This document shows, in pieces, positions 11,020 through 22,702 of a stretch of 64,000 bases of DNA. Source of the DNA: Octopus bimaculoides (Eukaryota); NCBI RefSeq assembly GCF_001194135.2, contig NC_068994.1, positions 111,326 through 175,325 of the forward strand, read 5' to 3'. The notes under the pieces were generated by a model. The model saw only the letters and a list, made by a program, of their open reading frames with translations, had not been told where the DNA came from and made no database searches. A program made the translations under genes and the position numbers. Position 1 is the first letter of the stretch; each line of letters opens with the position of its first letter.

Positions 11020-11430
11020 CCGATTTGTAACTTGACTTATCAGAGGATGTGCAGATTAGTTACAGTTCAGTCAATTATCACTGAAGATTTGGGTAGGAGA
11101 CGCATGTCTGCCAAGTTTGTGCCAAAACTGCTTTCAGGTGATCAAAAAGACACTCAGGTTTCAGTTGCACAAGATCTTGATTGTGCCAAGAACTATGAAA
11201 ACATTTTGACAACTTTGCGTAAGCCTCTGAGCAAGCATCACCAAGCTTTTGGCAAAATTTGATGCAGATTCTCTGCTCAATTTTCTCTGTCATGGTCAAT
11301 GTGACAATCACATGCTACACACATTCCTCCCAAGCACAGCTATAAACAGCAGACGAGAGCTAGAACAGCTTCACTCTACGTGCTTTAGATTTGTTACTAT
11401 GGCAACAGTCCCGATATTTATTGATCAAAC
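11020..11430. mobile_element. Mariner deletion derivative with an internal inversion
   Basis: + strand 11020-11217 reads SIITEDLGRRRMSAKFVPKLLSGDQK. - strand 11215-11295 reads MTEKIEQRICIKFCQKLG, preceded on the - strand by a TIR-like end (tacacgtggtttgatcaataaatatcgggactg, ~11430). Confidence 0.85.
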
Positions 11431-11433
11431 CAC

Positions 11434-11473
<40 letters not shown>

Positions 11474-11499
11474 CATTAAATAATTTAATGAATACCATA

Positions 11500-11690
11500 G
11501 CTTCTTCTGGAGATCCAGTTTCCTGGATTCTCAGGTGTATGTACTCCCCACTGGACAGAAAGCCAACCCATCACAGGAATAATCCTTTTTGCCAGCTGAG
11601 TGGACTGGGGCAATGTGAAATGAAGAAGACAACTCATTGCCAAGTCCAGGAATCAAAAACCACAATTTTACGATCATGAGGTCCCTAGCC
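11500..11690 (-). mobile_element. SINE family C copy
   Basis: Shares cagtccactcagctggcaaaa and ctcatgatcgtaaaattgtggtt with the + copy at 16853-17040. Confidence 0.7.
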
Positions 11691-11789
11691 GATTCACTCC
11701 AAATACAAGGAACAACCAGCAGGGAGACTGTTTTTAGCCCATCCCCAAATGGGGCTCGTGGCAGGCAAGGGGTTAATATTTGTAATAAT

Positions 11790-12300
11790 AAATGTAAAGG
11801 ATGGATTTCACACATTTCTTCTCAGAGATTAACAACCAATTTACTGTCAATCCCACCCAATTGCCTTCTTTCACTTCTGCTCCTAAACGTCATCTGCATC
11901 CAAGCGAGACGCCTCTCAAGCCTAACCTACTGAGACAGTAAAAATATTCTCCCCTTCAAAAGCATAAAGAAACAATCACTACACATAAACAAAACATTCC
12001 ATCTCCTCTAAATATGAACAGCACATAGCTACGGAATCACCATCGCTAATGATCCAGGAAAAAATACATGCCTCCAACATAGCAAACACCCTATTAATAA
12101 GGATGGCATTTCCCTTCAAAGACAAAGTATTTTATCGTCTCACACACAAAAAAAAAAAAAAGAACTTACTAACCCTATATGAGGCTGGATTGAAACACAC
12201 AGTGACGTAACACTTCAACATCCAGAATGGTATTGCTTATACACAAAGAGAGATCTTCTACAGTATTTACTGCTATACACAGAAAGTGATAATCAAAGAA
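11790..12300 (+). mobile_element. Possible LINE apurinic-endonuclease relic
   Basis: CKGWISH and NVICIQAR resemble the APE motifs WNCRG and DIICLQET. Heavily decayed. Confidence 0.3.
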
Positions 12301-13431
12301 AAGATACTTGCTTGATTGCTTTGAAGTTATTTCCAACACACTCTAAAACTTCTTCTCTACGGATGTACTCCTCTCTATCTGTTGTTCTACTGCTACTGTT
12401 GTGACCTTTGCCCCTTGTAGTCCCTTGTTAGTCTTGTGTCACCTCTGCTCAGGCACTCACTAACATTACTTCGCATACTATGCCCACCACCCACGACGAC
12501 TAGTCCTTTTCCTCCCCCCACCATTGTCGCTTCTCCGTACAACTGTCAAATTGCAATTGTTGAAGAACGTGAAGCCCATTGGTCTCGGAGAGTTTGTAAA
12601 GGTTGAAATGAAGTTTCCCTCCTCTCTGTCGATCCATCATAAACTAAATTACCCCACATTCAAAACTCTCTTCACTCTGTAAACACCTCGGCCAAGGCGA
12701 CATTAAGATAAAACTAGTCGCCAAAGGTGGTGCTATGATGGTCTGATGCACTGACCCTGACAGAAAGAAACCCTAACCGATTTCACTACAGGAAATTGCC
12801 CAAAGATTTCAACATTCGCAGCGCTCATCTGTCACATTTCAAGAACTTTTTTCTTCCACTTCCGCATATGATTGACGGCCATAATCTAAAGTGAATTCTG
12901 GTATTTTAGAGATCGTAATTCTAAAATACCTGATAGAATAATTACTTAACGAACAAATGAGAAATGTGTCAACTATTTAATTAGACTCTTTTCATCTCCG
13001 AATATATTTTCTTCGATTAAATTATAAGAAACTGGTGCATACCTTTCTGTTTATGAACTAAAAAGAAATAATTAGTTGTAAGGGGAAATAACTTATTCCA
13101 AGGGAAATAACTCTGAGAGAAAATTTTTGCAAGTTTTTGAAATGGTGTTCATACAGCTTCATACAACACGTCAGTTGATAATATATTCAATCGATAGGAT
13201 ATCCTGAGATACGGATTGCATTAAACACTTTTTTCATTCATCTTTTATTTTACTTGTTTCAGTCAGTTGACTGCGGCCATGCTGAGGCACTGCCTTGAAG
13301 GGACGAATAAATCGACACCACAACTCCAATTTCAAATCTGCTACTTATTCTATCGTTGTCTTTAGTCCAACTTTTGTGACCTCTATTAATTTTGCCTTTA
13401 GGTTCTAATTACTAATAAGCAACCATTTAAA

Positions 13432-13473
<42 letters not shown>

Positions 13474-13479
13474 TTGTAT

Positions 13480-15330
13480 GCGTTTCAGTCCAAAAGCCTT
13501 TGTCCATCCTGGGTCACCGCCAGTATCATAACCTTTTCAATAGCCATTTTCACGTGATTGGCTTTTGGTGGAGGAGGGTGTTTGATATTGTTGCACTCGT
13601 TAACGTTTCTTGCTGTGATGTAGATTCATCTGTTATTTGGGACAGCAAAACTTCAAGGTATTTCTTGAAAACATCTGTCCCTACTCCATGTAGATCTCAT
13701 GATTTTGTCTCTATATTAAAGATCTGTGGGCTTTTGAATTCTAAGTTATTGCCGTACTTCGTCCTTACTCAAGACGGGATGGGTGGGATCCTTGGAACAG
13801 TGCTGTGGCGTCCTCATCGGGGTCTGATAAAACTGCTGATGCCAGCCTCCTCCACTTCTTTCATAGGTGTATCATTGCATATTTCTCCAATCTTCACTCC
13901 AGGGAGTAGAGTCATAATTTTTTAGTCTCTTACAGTAACCCCAGTGTTTCATTGATGTAATGTTTCTGGTGTAGCACTGTTGAATTGCTGCTAATTTCGC
14001 TGTTACATTGAGACTATGGGGTGACCATAACTGAGAGCTGCAGTCCATAGGACCAGCATAGTTTCCTGGTACCTTGTTCTCAGAGTTCACAGAATCTATC
14101 CAGCCATTCGCAGGCACATTGCCACAATCCGAGTGATATGTAGATTAAACATCGATACTCCTATCAATCATCAGGTCACGAATTGTGTTGATTATAGGAT
14201 GGCTACTCCTTTTGTTCCAAAGTACTTTTATTTCGGTACTTTAGCACAAGTTGGCGGAGAGCTTGTAATTGCCCTGCATAGAACTACGTTGTTTTCTTCA
14301 GCTCATTTATATACGGCATCTAGATCTTTCTGTTGAAGATTAGTATCAAGAAGATTCTTGGCTGTGCAACTTTTGTAACGTCGGCCAAGATAGTAAGAAT
14401 GGTTGCTTGTATAACTGATGTCATGTCTGAGAGAGCTTCCACAAACAGCAGCGACTCCAAGACAATTCCCTGAAGCACTCCACCCATTATTAACGTCTCT
14501 TCGGATAGGGCTCCATTGGAGGGCACTATCTTTTAAGAAAGTCATGTAAACACTCTCTCAATTTTCCAACTATGCTGCGATCAATCATATCAAGGGTTTT
14601 TGATTTTTTTTTTTTTTACTTTGATTTTACCAATGTGTTAGGCTAGAGAGAGAGACAAGTCTATAATTTTTAGCTTCTTCTCTGCTTCCTCGTTTATGGT
14701 TAGAACATATTATGCCCTTCTTTAACTTTCTAAGCGTTGGAAGAGGGTTTGCAGTAATCTTTACATTTTTCAGAATTGATGGGAATAATCAATGGCTGAT
14801 ATTACATCAGTTTATTTTATTTCGATGTAATCGATAATTACCATCCCTTCGTGTAGGGATGTGATGTCAATGAACTTGTTTGGCATATTTATTTGCTAGT
14901 TTTCTGCCAAAGTTGTGAAACACTTTTGCATTGCAAATTCAGTAATTTACTTATCTCTTGGGGGTCCGCAGTCAGTGAGTCATTTTCTTTGAACATGTTT
15001 TACCATCTTCGGCAAGGCTCGTTCGAAATCGGACTCCTCACTTTCCGTTAGTAGCCCATTTGGACGATTTGAGATCTTTGCTTGTCTTCTCATTAGAATT
15101 TTCCTATTTCTGGAATTTATGTTTTTCTGTCGGTTTGAAATTCTCTCTGGAACAAATGTGTGGCATATGCCCTGCATGATTGTCATAAACTGCTTTATGC
15201 TGATATTCTGCAGAGAAAGACTGTTAGGCCGGTTATGTTCCAGGACTGTTTCAATATTTTTCCAGTTGGATTTATGAAAGTTCTGGCCGGAAAGAAGTCG
15301 GTTGCTTCTAGTTGCCTGCGTTTTTGCATT
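13480..15330 (-). mobile_element. CR1-group LINE relic (linker, RT motifs 4-5, C-terminus and 3' end), internally deleted
   Basis: Reads GGVLQGIVLESLLFVEALSDM..ILADVTK (PQG/YADD region), CSSQLWSPHSLNVTAKLAAIQQCYTRNI (C-terminal domain) and NFHKSNWKNI..FVPER (EN-RT linker). Ends at a (TA)n tract at ~13435-13470. Confidence 0.82.
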
Positions 15331-15344
15331 TTTTTTGTCTCGGA

Positions 15345-15740
15345 GGCGTAGGAGTGGCTGTGTGGTAAGTAGCTTGCTTACCAACCACATGGTTCCGGGT
15401 TCAGTCCCACTGCGTGACACCTTGAGCAAGTGTCTTCTACTATTGCCTCGGGCCGACCAAAGCCTTTTGAGTGGATTTGGTAGACGGAAACTGAAAGAAG
15501 CCCGTCGTATATATGTATATATATGTATGTGTGTATATGTTTGCGTGTCTGTGTTTGTCCCCCCAACATCGCTTGACAACCGATGCTGGTGTGTTTACGT
15601 CCCCGTAACTTAGCAGTTCGGCAAAAGAGACCGGTAGAATAAGTACTGGGCTTCCAAAGAATAAGTCCTGGGGTCGATCTGTTCGACTAAAGGTGGTGCT
15701 CCAGCATGGCCACAGTCAAATGACTGAAACAAGTAAAGAG
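15345..15740 (+). mobile_element. Full-length tRNA-derived SINE, family A (octopus-type)
   Basis: Head ggcgtaggagtggctgtgtggtaag..ggttccgggttcagtccc (A/B boxes), internal (TA/TG)n, tail ggtgctccagcatggcc..gactgaaacaagtaaa. Many other copies occur in this window. Confidence 0.92.
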
Positions 15741-16034
15741 ACTATACATTTGTAGTCTTAAGCTTTGATTCGAGAAAATGGTTGGCATCACCTTAACATT
15801 ATGGAAAGCGCTGTAAGTATATGCAAATTGTGTGCTGGTGCCATGATAAATGTTTCTATATTGCAATAGTTACAGAATATAGAAAGAAGTGTAAAACCGA
15901 TAACTATATAACCCAACCAAAATATCTCAGTTACGCAAACGTGAACAGAATTACTATTTAACCTTAAAATACATTGTAGATATTCAAAGAACCTTCTTGG
16001 TTTAGTGGTACGGAACATTCTTCTGGTATTCTTT

Positions 16035-16345
16035 TTATTCTTTTACTTCTTTCAGTCATTTGACGATGGCCATGCTGGAGCACAGCCCTTTAGTTAAAGA
16101 AATCGGCCCCTGGACTTATTCCCTGTAAGTTTGGTGCTTAATCTATCAGCCTCTTCTGCCGAAAAGCTAAGTTACAGAGACGCAAACACACCAACATCGG
16201 TTGTCAAGCAATGGTGGTGGTGGGGGTGGGGGACAAATAGCCACACACACACACATACACATATATATGACGGGCTTCTTTCAGTTTCCGTCTACCAAAT
16301 CCACTCACGAGGCTTTGGTCAGTCTGAGGCTGTAGTAGAAGACAC
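16035..16345 (-). mobile_element. SINE family A, copy lacking its head
   Basis: Reverse complement of the body and tail of 15345-15740. Confidence 0.88.
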
Positions 16346-16852
16346 TCTTTAAAGTATAGAGTTGGATTTGGTGGAGCCATTTGTTAGCAACTTTTCTCCC
16401 CCACCCATTTTGTAGGGGGTATTACCCATTTTTCTGGGCTCTTTTCACAGTTATACCCCGTTCGAAATTTGCATTAGTTTTTGTATGAAAAAAAAAGGAA
16501 GGGAGTTAGGGGCTCGTTTGTAGTTTGTAGAGAAACGTTAAACATGCCTGAAAAAAACATGGTCTTTCTCCCCAACTAAAAGACATGGAGAACTATGAAA
16601 GGAGGCGAATAAGTACCGGGGGAGGGGGAGGAAAGAAGAGAGAACTAACACTTGATCGTTCTAGAACTCCCAGAATGAAAACCTAAACACCTGAAAGACT
16701 TTCCCTCCATTCATTACTAAATGTCTTTCTTCGTTGTTAAAAGTAAAGAAGCTCGAAAAAATCGATCGTATTTCAGTCTAATTGTCATTGTAAATGGCCG
16801 ATGCTTTCCTTTCTCTGTCGCTTCACTCCTTTTCTCTACGGTTAAGAGAGTG

Positions 16853-17040
16853 AAGGTGCGTGGCTCAGTGGTTAAGGGCATTCGGCCCACGATTGTAAAG
16901 TCATGAGTACGATTCCCTGCAGCGCCTGTGTTCTTGAGCAAGGTACTCTACTTCACCTTACTGCAGTCCACTCAGCTGGCAAAAATGAATTGTAGCTGTA
17001 ATTCAAAGAGACCAGCCTTGTGTGTGAGGTTGAATCTCAC
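16853..17040 (+). mobile_element. tRNA-derived SINE, family C
   Basis: A box gtggctcagtggttaag, B-box-like gagtacgattccc, then gtgttcttgagcaagg and cagtccactcagctggcaaaa. Confidence 0.8.
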
Positions 17041-17167
17041 TCTCACTTCCTCTCTGTCCTCTTCTCTCCCGCTCCGCTACTCACTTCCTTTGAGGTAAGT
17101 GTGACACACACCACAGGTACGGATGTACAAAAACAACAAGTTGGCGTATTAACATTATTGATAATCC

Positions 17168-17381
17168 TTTCTACAGGAGGTACAAGGTATGAAATTTGGT
17201 GGGAGGAGATTAGTCGATTATATTGACCCCAGTGTTTCACTGATACTTAATTTATTGACCCTGAAAAGATGAAAGGCAAAATCAGTCAACCTTGGCGGAA
17301 TTTGAACTCAGAACGAAGCGGTAGACGAAATACCGCTTAGCATTTCACCCGGTGTGCTAACGATTTTGCCAGCTCGCCGCC
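17168..17381 (-). mobile_element. tRNA-derived SINE, family B
   Basis: The - strand head is ggcggcgagctggcaaaatcgttagcac..ttctgagttcaaattcc. At least seven more copies occur in the window. Confidence 0.9.
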
Positions 17382-17404
17382 TTAATAACAACAACAACAA
17401 CGAG

Positions 17405-17815
17405 AGACAAAGAATAATGCCTAATAATTGATGTAGCAATGCCAGGAGATCGACATATCATCATGAAAGAAAGAGAAAAGGCTGGTAAATATGGAGACCT
17501 GAGAATTGAGATTACTAAGATGTGGCAGCTATGAGAGTCAAATATAAAGGTTGTCCCTATTGTAATCGGAGCATTGGGTTCAATACCACCCAAGCTGAAA
17601 AAAAAAAACCACCTGAAAACCTTAGAAGTATCCAACAATCTAGACGTATTGCAAAAGTCGGCATTACTTGGAACTGCCTGCATATTGCATAAAGAACTGT
17701 CTGTTTGAGGTCTTTGTTGTGACTTGACAAACGGTACAAACCCCCAATAGACATACTATCTTCAATCAACAACTTCACGATATTGGATACTGTGCGACGT
17801 CTTAAATAATAAATC
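17405..17815 (+). mobile_element. R4/Dong-clade non-LTR element, 3' end (restriction-like endonuclease)
   Basis: Reads CLIIDVAMPGDRHIIMKEREKAGKYGDLRIEITKMW..VVPIVIGALGSIP..LQKSALLGTA..SV* (RLE D..K motifs, IGALG). One premature stop and a poly-A frameshift. Confidence 0.88.
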
Positions 17816-18026
17816 TTTCTACTGGAAGCGCAAGGCCTCAAATTTGTTGGGGTGGGGTTAAGTCGATTACATCGACCCCAGTGCGTAACTACTATTTAGT
17901 TCATCGATCACAAAAGAATGAAAGGCAAAGTCGACCTCGGTAGAATTTGAACCCAGAATGTGACAGCGGACGAAATACCGCTAAGCATTTCGCCCGGCGT
18001 GCTAACGATTCTGCCAGCTCGCCTCC
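17816..18026 (-). mobile_element. SINE family B copy
   Basis: Near-identical to 17168-17381. Confidence 0.9.
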
Positions 18027-18067
<41 letters not shown>

Positions 18068-18072
<5 letters not shown>

Positions 18073-18675
18073 TAATCGTTTTTTTTATTGGCTACAAGGG
18101 CGGGTCGAATACAAAACAAATAGGGACAATACAAAACTGGCGACATGTGGAGTTTAACACAAAAATCGAGTAAATAATAAAATAGCAATGATAATTAACT
18201 ATAAAATTCAACAATAAAATTGCCCCAAAAGGGAAAGTTCCTTACAGGGACAACCGAGGAACCCCATACATTTTGGTTTCCCCGAACGCCAGATGCACCT
18301 CAGATGCCTCCTCAACTTTTTGAAGTTCCACGTGAAAAGGGAGATGAAGGTAGAGAGGAAAAGGCTGCCCTACCCCTAGTAACTTTGTTTCAAGGTGGGT
18401 GAATGGGGGGGGGAGGTCCATGTGAATAGCCGTATTCTGAGCATGCGCCTGTAGGCCAGAGGGAGAAGGGGCGCTCACCCGAGGTGTACTAGATGTTGCA
18501 CTCTGGGTGAAGATTCCCTCCCTTTTGGCCAATTTTATAGTTCGAATTTTTATTGTTAATTGTTCTTGCTTTTTTTTTTTACTCGTTATACGCAGTATAT
18601 GTAAATCCCCACTGTCCTTTGTGTTGTATTAACCATTGTTTTTCTGTGTAACCATTATGGTCAATAAAGAAAGGA
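18068..18675. mobile_element. Two related Tx1/L1-like 3' ends back to back (- strand 18068-18245; + strand 18270-18675)
   Basis: The + piece encodes LLNFLKFHVKREMKVERKRL, like Tx1 ORF2 C-termini as I recall them. Both pieces share the UTR segment cccttttgg..caattttat..ttactcg, contain AATAAA and end in (ATT)n. Confidence 0.65.
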
Positions 18676-18709
<34 letters not shown>

Positions 18710-19075
18710 GTAAGAGAGCTACGCATGCCATGAAAGTGACACTGGTGGTACAGATATATGAAGCCCAATACACCCATCAGGACTACCCGTCTGATAAGGG
18801 TACACCAGGCACATGCATCACAACCATATGTGCACGACATAGTGATCTCATACCAAGATTAACAGCACATGACCTTGCAGGTGGGGCCCAGTTAGACTTT
18901 TTTTCAGGTCGAGTAGCCCATCCAACTCAAGAGGTCCCTGAATAAGGTTTGTTTAAGGGTGGTGAACGAAACACCAATATTTCCAGGGGTGAATTATTCA
19001 AACCCCTAGATGATAACACTTCCAATCAGTTAAGCTCAAAAGCCATGAGAGCCACTGCCTGGTACTACACCAGGG
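18710..19075. mobile_element. Unclassified ~365-bp insertion inside a (TTA)n array
   Basis: Non-coding block of moderate GC, flanked on both sides by same-orientation (TTA)n (18676-18708 and 19076-19100). Confidence 0.55.
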
Positions 19076-19129
19076 CATTATTATTATTATTGTTATTGTT
19101 ATTATCATCAACATCATCATCATCAGTTA

Positions 19130-20480
19130 TTGTAGCGGTGGTGTTCTGAAAGTGATGCCGGTGGTACTGCGGCTGGCAACTAGTCTTCCAACTCATTGGT
19201 GTCCTATCAATTTTTTCTGTATTTGTGATGCGAACGATTATTGATCGTTTTCTCGCCTGCGTCTCATTACGATGGTTTGCCATGTTCTAGTTTCTTCTTT
19301 GTCCTCGACATTTAACGAGAAACCGGGAGAAGTGGTTAATAGTTGGTTAAAGAATCTTTTCTACACTAGGCACAGCGTCCGAAATTTGAGGGGAGGGGGC
19401 CATTCGATTAGATCGATCCCAGTATGCAACTGGTACTTAATTTATCGACCCCGGTGAAATTTGAACTCAGAACATAAAGACAGACGAAATACCACTAAGC
19501 ATTTCGCTCGGCGTGCTAACGTTTCTGCCATCTCGCCGCCTTAATGGTTGGTTAAAGAATGAATGTTGCTTTTGCTCACGTTAGTGCAGTACCGGGGACG
19601 GGAAGTTCCCATTTCTACTTTCTCTTTCGAAATTGTGGTACTCCTCTTCGATGTCTTGATTGTGGTTTTCGTTATTACTGCATTTGTTGATGATGTTGTG
19701 GTTGGTAGAAAATGAGTTTTTTTTTTTTACTTCATTGCCTGAAGTAAATCTTGTGGTGCTTGGTGTAACTCCTCCCTCTCCAGTCTTCCACCTTAACGTT
19801 TATTAAATCTTCGCTCTTCAAATAAATGGACTCGAAAATCTTTGAGATGTATTCGAGAATCAGCATCATCTGCACCGTTGTTCTGCTAGGAAAGCTGGTC
19901 TCCAGTTGACAATCTCTTAATCTATGTTGAGATGATCTTCGTTTAATGAATCATGTCATGTGACATAATGCTGAATATCACCATGGTTACCCACCAATTC
20001 ATAGCAATAAGAAATTCTCGGTGGAGGACCAGAATTACTTGACTGTTTTCCTCACCTCCTATGGACTCGTTCTTACTCCATCTTGGCAATGAAATGGTAG
20101 AAGGCCGTAAGTCTCCAATGCTAGAAGTTCTCTTTATTTGTAAAGTGAATATTTCAACCAGGATCAACTTTGGTGAACCACATTGACTTGTTTATGGTGC
20201 TGACAAAAAACTATTACGTTTGAGAATGGTGAGGACGATGCGGTGGTGTTGCTGTTGTGCTTGCTAATAATTGATCCACTAATTGTTTCCATTTAAACGC
20301 ACCTATTACTGCACTACTGGTCGTTGTGATGGTTGTAGTTGTGCTGTTTTCTTAATCTTTGCTGTTCTTGCTGCTATCGTTAGGCGCGACGATGGCGGCG
20401 GAGTTTGTTTCATTGTTGCTAATATTTTTTGCCAAACTTCGGACCAGAGAAGACAAGACTTTATTTGTAACAACGAAAGT
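19130..20480 (-). pseudogene. Unique triplet-structured block that may be decayed coding sequence or UTR
   Basis: Protein-like stretches (SGPPPRISYCYELVGNHGDIQHYV; KRTSSIGDLRPSTISLPR; DSRIHLKDFRVHLFEERRF) are broken by stops in every frame. No family recognised. Confidence 0.3.
19356..19540 (-). mobile_element. SINE family B copy with a 20-bp target-site duplication
   Basis: ttaatagttggttaaagaat (19336-19355) and ttaatggttggttaaagaat (19541-19560), one mismatch. Confidence 0.92.
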
Positions 20481-21191
20481 GAGTGTCTCCTCTATTCTTT
20501 CCTCCATTTAAGTTGTATTTCCTCTTACTGTCCACTCCTCTTTGTCACATGACATTTCTAGAAGCGATGATTTTTAAAGATTTTATTTGTTACCAAATTC
20601 TTTTAATAGATTTGGCCCCTTATTGGGGCTGAAAAACGAAATGACCATACTTCTCCCTTTCTCGTTCTTCTTATGATCTCTTCCCAAATCAGATGCGCAA
20701 CAAAAACAGAACAATAAATTCGTAAATTGATAAACTAACAATTGTTTTCAGATTAGCAGAGCAGCTAAACTACGTAACGCACTGTTAAACAATATAAATA
20801 ATAATAATGATGATATAACAATAATAATAATAATAATAACAACAACAACAACAAAAACAACAACTGAAGAAGAAAAGAATGAAAACATAAAATGGAAGAA
20901 ATTTTAAAGTGAGGTTATTAAGGAAATAAAGATTTAAGAGGATTTAGCGCAAATTTGTTTATACTAAAACAAAAACACACACAAACACGCACGCGCGCGC
21001 ACGTCTGTGTGTGTATGTTTATGCATGTGTGTATATATATATATATATATATGCGTGCGCACGTACATACATACACATATATGTATATTTATTCAAGTCT
21101 ACACTCACTCATATAGATATGCACGCGCACACACTCATAGACTTCTATCCAGATGTCACTTATACATATGCTTGAATACGTTAGTTATAAA

Positions 21192-21234
<43 letters not shown>

Positions 21235-21896
21235 GTGTGTGTGTGTGTGTGTGTGTGTGTTTGTGTGTGCGTGCGAACATACGTACTACATCTATAACAC
21301 ATGCGGACTCTTCTGCTTGAGAAGTTACACAAAGTCGGCTGGCACTACGAATTAGTGCTGATTGCCTTTATCTCCGTTGGTATGCGTGTGGTTCCCTAAC
21401 ACCCCCACCCTCCCACCTCAGCTCCTTGCTCAGTCAAGAATGCTTCTCTTCCAACACAAAGATCTTCTGCTAAAGTTTCATTTTACACTAATTAACTTCA
21501 GCTTAACATTTATTTATTACTTCGAAAAATCATTTTTCACTTTACTTCTTCCTTTTATCTTTAAAAATGAGAAATTTTGCACTTTTTCTACTTAAATATA
21601 AATAACAAATTGATATTATTTTTTTAATATTTCGTCTTTGGCAACAAGACACACAGCTTTTCTTACCAAAATGGCTGTTTTGCATATTTCCTGAATAATT
21701 CTAACTTATTACATCAACCCAAGTCTATTGACAGTGATTCTCTCATCATTTCTTCATTAAACGTAGTGAAGTCTCTAGTTCTCTGAGGAGGATCCAATAA
21801 AACGGAAACATGTCTACAGTTGCCTCCCACCCCACTGCTTACCTGTCTAAAGAAACAAAATATTAGTCAATGACAAGCTTTTCTTTTTTTGTCATA

Positions 21897-22138
21897 GGCG
21901 CAGGAGTGGCTGAGTGGTAAGAAGCTTGCTTACCAACCACATGGTTCCGGGTTCATTCCCACTGCGTGGCACCTTGGGCAAGTGTCTTCTACTATAGCCT
22001 CGGGCTGACCAAAGCCTTGTGAGTGGATTTGGTAGACGGAAACCGAAAGAAGCCCGTCATATATATGTATATATATATATGTATATGTGTGTGTGTGCGT
22101 GTGTGTTGTGTGTGTGTTTGTGTCTGTGTTTGTCCCCA
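21897..22138 (+). mobile_element. SINE family A, 5' half
   Basis: Near-identical to the head and body of 15345-15740. Confidence 0.9.
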
Positions 22139-22499
22139 CGTAAATTCCAGAGATGTAACTTTTTTTGTTAGAAATAACCTATTTTATTTTTAAGAAGAAT
22201 TTAAAGAATTGGAAAAGGAAAGTTAGCACACACACATGCACACACATACATGCATACATACATACATACACACATACATACATACACACATACATACACA
22301 CATACATACATGCATACATACATAAGAAAAGCAATGAATACAAGTTGAAGAATGAATAGAAAATAGCGGAGAGTGAGACAAAGAAAGAAAGAAAGGAAGG
22401 GAAAAAGGGGAGAGCGAAGTGGTGAGATATTTGGAAATTTTGTCAAAATTCCAAATGCAACGAGAAAAGATGTCGTGGTGTATCTTTTAGGAATATATT

Positions 22500-22610
22500 T
22501 GGCAAGTAAACAGGGATGACGTGGCCACCACAAAAATTTGCTGGTAGAGGAAAAACAAGTTTGCCGGACGGTGACTCACAATTTTTTGGCAAACTGACCG
22601 GAAGTCGTTT
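22500..22610. promoter_or_regulatory. Dense transcription-factor motif cluster (putative enhancer or promoter)
   Basis: GTAAACA (Fox) 22506-12, TGACGTGG (CREB/ATF-like) 22517-24, TGACTCA (AP-1) 22572-78, CCGGAAGT (ETS) 22598-605. Confidence 0.4.
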
Positions 22611-22654
22611 CTCTATCATACTATTAAATAAAGATATAGAGGCTTAATTATTAT

Positions 22655-22702
<48 letters not shown>

